From contig CAWFOM010000005.1 of assembly GCA_963817385.1 (NCBI GenBank), positions 194,596 through 258,595 on the forward strand: a stretch of 64,000 nt of DNA, read 5' to 3'. Position numbers and translations under genes: made by a program. The number at the start of each line of letters is the position of its first letter. Positions within the stretch are counted from its first letter, which is position 1. Of the stretch, positions 56,703 to 64,000 are shown piece after piece. Below the pieces are notes generated by a model. That model was not told the DNA's origin, ran no database searches, and saw only the letters and a program-made list of their open reading frames with translations. Source of the stretch: an uncultured delta proteobacterium (lineage in GTDB: Bacteria > Desulfobacterota > Syntrophia > Syntrophales > UBA5619).

Positions 56703-57722
56703 CTATTTCTTGGCTGCAAACCCGGCTTCGGTCATCAGCTTCACGTGTTTTGCCATATCTTTTTTCAGGAAGTCGACAAACTCGTCTCCGGTGGCATAGT
56801 GCCTGGTGAGCGCCATGTTCTCGGTGTAGTCTTTCCACTCCGTCGTTTCGGAAACCTTTTTCAGCAGGTCGGCGTAGAACGCAACCTGTTCCTTGGTGGT
56901 TCCGGGCGGCAGGAAGAAAGCGCGCAGCATCTGGTATTGCACGTCGATTCCCTGCGACTTGCAGGTAGGGATATCGGACCATGCGATGTCGGCTACTTTT
57001 TTCTTGTAGTCCATGGGCTTGTCGGAGAAGACGCACAGGGCGCGCGCCTTGCCGGCCCGCCACTGGGCAACGTTCTCGCTGGGGTTGTTGACATTGGAAT
57101 CGATGTGTTTGCCAGCCAGTTGGATTTGAGCCTCGCCTCCGCTTTTATAGGGGATGTAGGTTATTTTCTTCCCGACAACTTTTTCGAATGCAACCGAGAT
57201 GATCTGGTCTTCCCGCTTCGAGCCGGTGCCGCCCATCTTGAAAGTCCCCTCCGGCGCCGCTTTTATGGCATTCACATAGTCCTTGGCTGTCTTGTACGGC
57301 GAATCTGAATGGACCCACAGGATAAAATCATCCAAGGCGATCATTGCCACCGGGTTGAAGTTTTCCCAGCCGAGCGGCAGATTCTGCGCGATCGGCAGGG
57401 TATAGATGAGGGAGAACGCTACCAGGAGTTTGTGGGGATCAGCCTTGGACTCTTTGACATCCATGGCGCCCTCGGCGCCGCTCGCGCCGCCCTTGTTAAG
57501 GATCATAACAGGCTGATTCATCAATTTGTACTTCAGGATGATGCCCTGGATTGTGCGCGCCATCTGGTCTGACGCACCGCCCGCACCGGCGGGAACAATG
57601 AACTCCACCGGTTTGGTGGGTTCCCAGGCGGCGGCGGGGGCTGCGGTTGCAACACTGGTCAGTGCTGCCACGACGAGCAGCAGCACTCCATACCATAATT
57701 TTCTGATCTTTCGTTTCATCAT
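56703..57722 (-). CDS. tctC: Tripartite tricarboxylate transporter substrate-binding protein, second system
   Basis: The start is taken at MMKRKIRKLWYGVLLLVVAAL, which has an AAGGAGG RBS. The upstream part of the track ORF runs through the hairpin repeat. It has the Bug-family motif PAGAGGASDQMAR. Confidence 0.88.
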   Translation of the reverse strand: MMKRKIRKLWYGVLLLVVAALTSVATAAPAAAWEPTKPVEFIVPAGAGGASDQMARTIQGIILKYKLMNQPVMILNKGGASGAEGAMDVKESKADPHKLLVAFSLIYTLPIAQNLPLGWENFNPVAMIALDDFILWVHSDSPYKTAKDYVNAIKAAPEGTFKMGGTGSKREDQIISVAFEKVVGKKITYIPYKSGGEAQIQLAGKHIDSNVNNPSENVAQWRAGKARALCVFSDKPMDYKKKVADIAWSDIPTCKSQGIDVQYQMLRAFFLPPGTTKEQVAFYADLLKKVSETTEWKDYTENMALTRHYATGDEFVDFLKKDMAKHVKLMTEAGFAAKK

Positions 57723-57778
57723 ATCCTCCTTATTAATTACGTGCATATTGCGGAACACCATGGTTCCGATTTGAAGCT

Positions 57779-57886
57779 CTCCGCAGCAAGCTGCGGAGAA
57801 TCTTCGATCCTTAAGAGGAACAAACCGGTTTTGCTCGCTTACCCCGCGGCAAGCCGCGGGGAATGCGCTCGCAGGCGGATTCAACG
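57779..57886. repeat. Two tandem hairpin repeat units (CTCCGCAG-caag-CTGCGGAG and CCCCGCGG-caag-CCGCGGGG) of the same family as 19374-19432
   Basis: 57828-57886 aligns with 19374-19432 over about 55 nt with few mismatches. It lies between the aminotransferase gene and tctC. Confidence 0.6.
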
Positions 57887-59047
57887 GGCAGCAAGGTAAT
57901 CCATCGCCGCCATCACACCACCCTGTTTATAAGGTACACCTGCGAGGGCGAAACCCATCTCGACGCCGCCGAGGGTCCCGATCAGCATCAGGTCGCTGAA
58001 TGCACCCAAATGCCCGATCCTAAAGACCCGGTCCTTCAGTTTGCCCAGGCCGCTTCCCAGGGACATGTTGAACTTGTCGAGGACCGCCGCTCGGTAGTCA
58101 TCGGCGCCTTTCTCCCCCGGCATCACCACGGTCGTCAGGACCGGGCTGTACTCATCCGGATTGAGGCAGAGGTTCTCCAGCCCCCAGGCCCGGACAGCCC
58201 GGCGTGTCGCCTCGCCGTGCCGCCTGTGGCGCGTAAAGACGTTTTCGAGCCCCTCCTCCGCAAGCAGGTGGAGGGCTTCCCGGAGACCGTAGAGCATGTT
58301 GGTCGCCGGAGACGAGGGGAAGAAGCCTCCCTTGTTGGCGTTCAGCATCTCATCCCACGCCCAGTAGGACTTGGTCAGCCGCGCGCTCTTTGACGCGGCG
58401 AGCGCCTTGGCGCTGATCGCGTTGAAGCCGAGACCCGGCGGCAGCATCAGCCCCTTCTGGGAACAGCCCACCGTGACATCCACCCCCCATTCGTCGTGGC
58501 GGTAATCGATGGAACCGAGGGAGGAGATCGTATCCACCATGAAGAGGGCCGGATGGCCGACGCGGTCGATCGCCTTGCGGATTTCGGCCACCCGGCTCGT
58601 CACGCCGGTCGAGGTCTCATTGTGCACAACCATCACGGATTTGATTGCATGACCGCGGTCCTCGGCAAGCTTCGCCTCGACCGCGGCGGGATCGACGCCG
58701 TGACGCCAGTCGCCGGGGACAAAATCAACCACCAGCCCCAGACGGAGAGCCATATTCCTCCAGAGGGTCGCAAAGTGACCCGTCTCGAACATGAGCACCT
58801 TGTCGCCGGGGGACAGGGTGTTGACCAGTCCCGCCTCCCACGCGCCGGTCCCCGATGAGGCAAAGATCACGACCGGTCCGGCCGTTTTAAAAATCTCCTT
58901 CAATCCGGCGAGCACTTCAAGACTCAGGGCCTTGAATTCCGGGCCTCGGTGATCGATCGTAGGCTTGGCCAGAGCCCGAAGCACCTGCTCGGGCACATTC
59001 GTCGGCCCGGGGATCTGCAAGAAATGACGACCGCTCGGGTATGCCAT
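57881..59047 (-). CDS. Class V aminotransferase (serine-glyoxylate / alanine-glyoxylate aminotransferase-like)
   Basis: 388 aa with HFLQIPGPTNVPEQVLRA, GCSQKGLMLPPGLGF (PLP-lysine context) and a full-length match. Confidence 0.9.
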   Translation of the reverse strand: MAYPSGRHFLQIPGPTNVPEQVLRALAKPTIDHRGPEFKALSLEVLAGLKEIFKTAGPVVIFASSGTGAWEAGLVNTLSPGDKVLMFETGHFATLWRNMALRLGLVVDFVPGDWRHGVDPAAVEAKLAEDRGHAIKSVMVVHNETSTGVTSRVAEIRKAIDRVGHPALFMVDTISSLGSIDYRHDEWGVDVTVGCSQKGLMLPPGLGFNAISAKALAASKSARLTKSYWAWDEMLNANKGGFFPSSPATNMLYGLREALHLLAEEGLENVFTRHRRHGEATRRAVRAWGLENLCLNPDEYSPVLTTVVMPGEKGADDYRAAVLDKFNMSLGSGLGKLKDRVFRIGHLGAFSDLMLIGTLGGVEMGFALAGVPYKQGGVMAAMDYLAAR

Positions 59048-59058
59048 ATCGTTCCTCC

Positions 59059-60793
59059 TTATTTTTTCTTCCAGTCAGTCCAGGGGTGATCCGTGACGGA
59101 CGGATCCGCCACGCGGTTGAAGACATTCAGAATCATCTTCGCCTTCGCCAACGGCTCCATTTTTTTGTCGGTGTGGACGATCAGCTTGGCACCGAACTTT
59201 TCATTACAGAGCTTCGAGAGAGTCTCCATCGTTTTAGGGCTCCCCGTAACCGGCAAGCAGGGCCAGAAGTAGGTCGAAACGCCCATCGCCACCAGGCTCA
59301 GGGCCTCGCCCACCTCGGCGCTCCGGTGGGCCTCGGCGAAGCAGGCCAGGATCGGCAGATCGCGGACGGCCTTCTTGGATGCCGCGGCCAGGGCGAGCAG
59401 GAATTCGGTCACACCGCCGTTCTCGCTGGTGCCCAGATCGATGACGGCGGGAAGGTTCTTGCCGGCGGCCTTGAGCAGATCGGCCACGGCCTTGCCGCAG
59501 TGCTTTTCACGCTGCTTGGGATTCAGGAGGCCGTATTTCGCCAGGCTCACGCTCGCATCTCCCTCGGAGAGGCACAGGATGCCGCCATTCAGGAATTCCT
59601 GCGCCAGGGTCACAAAGGGCAGATCCTGGGTGAACTTCACATTGTTCGTCCCCGCGAGGATCGCGATCCCCTTGATCTTTCCCTTGGCGAGGGCATCGGC
59701 GATCTTCTTGACGTCGAGATTCGCTGCGGAAAGCCCCATGAGGGCGGTCTCTTTCGCCTCGGGGATGTCCCGGGCTATCGAGCGGCGGAATTCAAACGCG
59801 TCTGACGGCCTTATCGACGATCGACTTGGCCAGGGCATCCGGGCTTTGCGCCTTGAGGACGCCCGTCGCGACAACAGATACCTGGTACTCCGCGGCGATC
59901 GCGGCCAGAGACGGGTTGACGAACTGATCACCCGTCACGATCAGATCGACGGCGCCGGTCATGAGCGGCAGCTCCTGGGAGCCGTAGCTCGTCACCGGGG
60001 CGAACGTATAGGGCGAAAGCAGCGGATCGGTGCAGACGCCTGCGACCGTCACCTTCTTCTTGGCCGCGGCGGCGGCGATCTTCGCCTTCAGGACCGGAGA
60101 GAAACGGCCGTAGAGCAGGATCGTCGCAGCACCAGTCTTCAGGACCCCCATGTTGACCTCGACCTCGGCCGGAGCGACGCCGAAGACCGCCTTTTTGAGT
60201 CCGCCCTGGAGCTTCTGGGCAAAGGCGCCCAAGAGCGCCGCCTTGAAGGCCCAGAAGAGCGTCTCCTCGACACCGGCGACGCCGCCTTCCACCTTCTGGG
60301 AGGCCTTGAACAGATCCTTGGCCACACCCTGCGGGCAGATCCCCACCTCTTCCCAGGCGGCGATGAGGGCCTTGGGGAAGGCCTTCTTCAAGGATGGAGC
60401 GCCGTCCTTCAGAAGGGCTTCGATTGAGGCAACAATCTTCTTCGTCTCGCCGACATTCTTGGGTTTCATCGCCCCGGAGGCGATCCCTTCCACAAAATCA
60501 CTGACCTGATCCAGGGAGGCCATGGTCCCCTTGAGGACCAGCTTCAGCAGGGTCTGGACGGCCAGGGTGTCCTTATCCTTCCCGCAAACGCCCAGCTTGT
60601 TGACGTCCCGGAAGGGGTGGCTGATGCAGGGCCCCTGGAGGCAATCCCGGCAGCTTAATCCCGATTCGCAGAAACCGCATTCGGGGAGCTGTCCCTCGAA
60701 ACGGTCCCACACCAGTTTCAACCCCTTGTCTGCCGCTTTCGGCAGGAAATGCTCTGCTGCGTTATCGGCAGTCTTCTTCTGGATGAACTCCAT
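59059..60793 (-). pseudogene. CooS/hybrid-cluster-protein superfamily protein (Ni-CODH catalytic subunit-like), one frameshift at about 59803
   Basis: It has the N-terminal Cys motif CGFCESGLSCRDCLQGPC...GVCGKD. The N-terminal 333-aa ORF (59792-60793) and the C-terminal ORF (59059-59931) join at ...SIVDKAVR / AFEFRRSIARDIPE after a one-base shift. Confidence 0.75.
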
Positions 60794-60869
60794 GGTAAAT
60801 CTCCTTTCTGATCCTTATCGTCCGCGACCTATTCGGTCATCGGTCAAATGGTGATTGACTCGTGTCTGA

Positions 60870-61322
60870 TTAGAATTTCTTTTTCCGATAGTCCTTCCTC
60901 TCGACGAGGGAGAGGGCTCCAGTCGGACAAACCTCCGCGCAGATCGGATAGCCCATGTTCCGGCAGCGGTCGCACTTGATCGCCACCTTCATGGACGACG
61001 AAGGGTTGATGATTCCGAAAGGACACACCATGACGCACATCCAGCAGGCTATGCAGGTCGGCTCGTTGACGTAAACCAGTCCCGTTTCCGGATCGCGACG
61101 CATGGTCCCGTTGGGGCAGGCGTCCAGACAGGGGGCGTCCTCGCAATGCCGGCATTGCAGCGCAAACGGCTGGCCCTCTACATAGACCCGGGGCACCGGA
61201 TGAGGCTCCTCGTTAATGGCCTTGGCGAGCTCCCTGGAATTGGACGCGATTTCCGTCCCGCACCAGAGTTCGCACTGATGGCATCCCGTACACTTTTGCT
61301 TGTCCACCATTAATACTTTCAC
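60870..61322 (-). CDS. CooF-like 4x[4Fe-4S] ferredoxin (GTG start inferred)
   Basis: Four Cys clusters are present: CTGCHQCELWC, CRHCEDAPCLDACP, CIACWMCVMVCP and CDRCRNMGYPICAEVCP. A GAGGAGGA RBS lies 4 nt before the GTG at 61322. The track fuses this ORF to the upstream gene only because of a frameshift. Confidence 0.8.
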   Translation of the reverse strand: MKVLMVDKQKCTGCHQCELWCGTEIASNSRELAKAINEEPHPVPRVYVEGQPFALQCRHCEDAPCLDACPNGTMRRDPETGLVYVNEPTCIACWMCVMVCPFGIINPSSSMKVAIKCDRCRNMGYPICAEVCPTGALSLVERKDYRKKKF

Positions 61323-61375
61323 ATTTTCCTCCTCACTCGAAACATGGTGCTCGTTATCGAAAACGGATCCGGGCA

Positions 61376-62685
61376 TTACAGGCCCGTATCCATCAGCTCC
61401 TTGTACTCCGGTTCGCGAAAATTTGTCGGCGTTTCTCCTGAGGATCGGCAGGAGATCCATGAAACTCAGCCGATCGCTCATCAACAGGGGAATGGAATCA
61501 GCGACGGGGATCTGCTTCTTCAGCAGCATCGACATCAGACCGGCCTTCTGGGTATGGCCGACCAGGATCGCCCCGATGAGTTTCCCATTTCTCAGGACCA
61601 GCTTCTTATAGACATCCTTCGTCCTCACCCGGATCTCCCGGAATTCGTCATCGTCGGAGGTCATCGCGCAGGATTCGGCATGGGTCACCCCCATAGAGAT
61701 GGCGGGGATCCCGATGAAGTTGCCGATGGAGTTGCGCCGGTAGGAACCGGGATACGCCGTCTTCTTGCCGGCCATGTTGAACCCGGCGATGCGGCCCTGC
61801 TCGAAGGCGCAGGGCCAGATGGCGTTGAGGAACCAGGTGTTCCGAGCGATGTCGTGGGTCTCCGCGGCATCGCCGGCGGCATAGACGTCCGGGGCGCTGG
61901 TCGCCATGAATTCATCGACCCGGATCCCCTTCATGTCGCCGATCGTGAGTTTCGCCTGGACGGCCAGATCGATCCGCCGGACGGACACCCACCGACAGGA
62001 CGACCATGTCGCAGGGAAGCTCGCGGTTGTCGGTCACGACACCCGTGACGCGCTTGTCACCCTTGAACTTCAGGGCCTTCTCCCCGGTGATTACCTCGAT
62101 CCCGAGGTCCTCGATCCGCTTGCGGACGATCTCGGCCGCCTCCGCATCGAAGACGGTCGGCATCACCTGGCCGAGCTGTTCCAGAAGGGTTGCCTTGATC
62201 CCCCGCCGGGTCAGGCTGATGCAGGCCTCGACGCCGATGGAGCCGGCGCCGATGACGACAGCCCGTTTCCCCTTCATGTTGTAGATCTTCTCCGCATCGG
62301 CCATGGTCTTCAGGGTAGAGATCCCCTCTTTGTCGATCCCCGGAATGGGCGGGACGATCGCCTTGCCGCCCGTGGCGAGCAGGAGCTTGTCGAAGGTGTA
62401 TTTCTTCCCATCGGATGCCTTGACGGTCTTGGCGGTGGGGTTCAGATCGGTGACCTTCACCCCCATGTGGGGGGTCACCTTGTTCTCTTCAAAGAAATCG
62501 GACGTCCTGAAATTGAGCAACGGCTTGGAAAGCTCCTCCGCAACGTAGTACGGCAGGAGGACTCTCGAAAAGAGGGGGGTCTCTTCATCGCTGAACAGGT
62601 CGATCTGGGAATCTTTATCCAGTGACCGGATGGATTCGACGGCACTGATCGCCGCGGCGCTCCCTCCTACAATGATGTATCGCAT
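61376..62685 (-). pseudogene. FAD/NAD(P)-dependent pyridine nucleotide-disulfide oxidoreductase (FNOR-like), two frameshifts (about 61978 and about 61420)
   Basis: It has MRYIIVGGSAAAISA and AVVIGAGSIGVE dinucleotide folds. The frames join at ...LSVGVRP / RIDLAVQAKL. The natural C-terminus (REPEYKELMDTGL-stop) is reached only after a second shift in the AAATTTTCG context. Confidence 0.8.
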
Positions 62686-62744
62686 CTTCTTCTCCTTCCT
62701 TCATTTTCTCAATGAATGGGACAATCCCGCTGACCGGCAGGATT

Positions 62745-63392
62745 TCAGTACAGGCTGTGCACCGAATAGAGGGGGAGCAGCTCCTTGAAGAGCTGAATGC
62801 CCCGGGTCACATTGTAGTTGCCGCAGGAACAGCACTCCGCCATTTCGAGGCAGCACTCCTCGATCGTTCTGCGCCCCCGTTTCACGTCGCGGACCATCTT
62901 GCGAACCAGATCCGAGGCGATCATCGCGTGACCGCACATAGTGACCGTCTGGAGGATCTCGAAATCGGGAAGCCGGCTCGTGTTGCCCCAGGTGCCGAGG
63001 GAGTATTCGAGGGAGTGAATCCGGCCCAGCCCCGCCTCCGTCATGCACTGCTGGACGATATCGGGAATGCCCGAGATGATGACCGAGATGCCGGGCCGGT
63101 CATCCTTGAGCTCCTTCAGGAGGGAGACGATCTTCTCCCGGTTGTCGAAGGTGCACTCGACGATCGTCCCGTCCGTCACGCGGCTCAGGATATCGTCCAT
63201 CGTCGTATTGTAGATGTTGCCGGTTTTCATATCGCCCAGGTTGATCGGGCCGTGCTTGTAGCAGATGCTCAGGAACTTCTTGGTCTTGGGCGCCGAACCC
63301 TTCTTGTTGACGCCGGTCGCCGGACAGCCCAGGACGACAAAATCGTTGCTCAGGCTCTCCCGGGTTCCCCTGCGGTGCAGACTGTGTGTCAT
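62745..63392 (-). CDS. Hypothetical Cys-rich protein
   Basis: 215 aa. An AAAGGAGGAG RBS is present. The C-terminal cluster is CCLEMAECCSCGNYN. I recognise no family. Confidence 0.7.
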   Translation of the reverse strand: MTHSLHRRGTRESLSNDFVVLGCPATGVNKKGSAPKTKKFLSICYKHGPINLGDMKTGNIYNTTMDDILSRVTDGTIVECTFDNREKIVSLLKELKDDRPGISVIISGIPDIVQQCMTEAGLGRIHSLEYSLGTWGNTSRLPDFEILQTVTMCGHAMIASDLVRKMVRDVKRGRRTIEECCLEMAECCSCGNYNVTRGIQLFKELLPLYSVHSLY

Positions 63393-63404
63393 GATACTCC
63401 TCCT

Positions 63405-64000
63405 TTACTGTTCTTCATCGGTGAACGTGAAGTGCGGTTCGCCCAATCCCATGTTGTTCTTGCTGTTGATGGAGTGCCACATGCCCAGCTTCTCGAAGAC
63501 CGGGACGATGGGGACTTCTCCCTTCGGCGGGACCTTCGTGATTACTTCCACGGTGAAGACCGTATCGAGCGTCTTGGCCACATCCTGGAGGATCTTGAGG
63601 ACCTCGGGCAGCCTCTCCAGCTTGCACTTCCCCTCGATGATGGCCGAGGTCGCCTTTTCGTTGACCACGTCGTCGCGGAGTTTTCCCGTGGTCTTGTCGG
63701 ACATGAAGTGGGTCACCGGGTTTTCCGCCGCCAGTTGATACCCGAGATCGGCCTTCATCAGCGCCATGGCCACGGTCTCGACATCCCGGAAATAGGCGCC
63801 CACCCCGGGGCGTCCCAGTTCGATGCCGACGCCCACCTCGCCGGGGAGGAAGGTGCCCTTGACGTCGTTCGTCTTCATCTCCTCCGTCCCGCGGCCGGGC
63901 GTCTGCGATCCCATGAACTCGATCATGGGATTGCTCAGAACGCCGCGCACCTCGCGGGGCCAGGGTTCTTCCGGTTGGAAAAGGGCATTCACCGGACAGA
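63405..64000 (-). CDS. Hypothetical protein; the 5' end probably lies beyond the window
   Basis: The frame stays open to position 64000; the track start at 63992 is only an internal GTG. The gene ends 12 nt before the next gene. I recognise no family. Confidence 0.6.
   Translation of the reverse strand, partial: CPVNALFQPEEPWPREVRGVLSNPMIEFMGSQTPGRGTEEMKTNDVKGTFLPGEVGVGIELGRPGVGAYFRDVETVAMALMKADLGYQLAAENPVTHFMSDKTTGKLRDDVVNEKATSAIIEGKCKLERLPEVLKILQDVAKTLDTVFTVEVITKVPPKGEVPIVPVFEKLGMWHSINSKNNMGLGEPHFTFTDEEQ

Noticed and set aside
60870-61988. A single 372-aa fusion protein of an oxidoreductase C-terminus and a polyferredoxin
   Set aside because: The apparent fusion exists only because a frameshift near 61420 removes the natural stop. 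In the adjacent frame the oxidoreductase ends ...REPEYKELMDTGL-TAA at 61376. A GAGGAGGA RBS plus GTG at 61322 then starts a standalone CooF-like gene.
1-64000. Search for rRNA, tRNA, CRISPR arrays, transposases, integrases, phage genes, toxin-antitoxin pairs and defence-system genes
   Set aside because: I saw no tRNA-like T-arm or acceptor pattern. There are no regularly spaced direct repeats with unique spacers. No ORF has transposase, integrase, nuclease, helicase or ATPase defence signatures. The only repeats are the two short hairpin families and the paralogous gene copies already reported.

Overview
This is a 64-kb, GC-rich (about 60% by eye) bacterial chromosomal segment, densely coding on both strands. 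The gene content includes 2-oxoglutarate:ferredoxin oxidoreductase, tungsten-type aldehyde:ferredoxin oxidoreductase, two-subunit class I fumarase, CooS-like/CooF/FNOR genes and many TRAP and TTT carboxylate transporters. That mix points to an anaerobe, plausibly a Desulfobacterota/deltaproteobacterial syntroph-like organism (inference only). Layout: (1) korABC-sucCD. (2) sdhC-sdhA-sdhB translationally coupled to Rieske/cytochrome b genes. (3) An AT-richer patch with small membrane-protein ORFs below the ORF-track cutoff. (4) A GH15-otsA-otsB trehalose operon. (5) A PrpD-family gene, an ArsB/NhaD-type permease plus an unknown 195-aa protein, a TAXI-TRAP transporter, and a second SdhAB pair with no membrane anchor. 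(6) AOR, fumarase and gpmA. (7) A small-protein/PII-like/TetR cassette bracketed by duplicated 69-aa genes. (8) A DctPQM TRAP transporter downstream of LytS/LytTR. (9) Glyoxylate/hydroxypyruvate-type dehydrogenases, an amidase, MFS + ChrA, two TctABC systems separated by a scar built from two gene fragments, and a serine-glyoxylate-type aminotransferase. (10) A CooS-like/CooF/FNOR operon with two unknown genes. I found no rRNA, tRNA, CRISPR array, transposase, integrase, phage or recognisable defence genes. Nine frame disruptions in six otherwise well-conserved genes indicate either assembly/base-calling errors or recent pseudogenisation. Sequence alone does not prove a new system. The best candidates are the SDH-Rieske/cyt b operon, the anchor-less SdhAB pair, the small-protein cassettes, the gene-fragment scar and the CooS-like operon. 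All homology calls come from my recognition of motifs and families in the translated ORFs; no database search was run.
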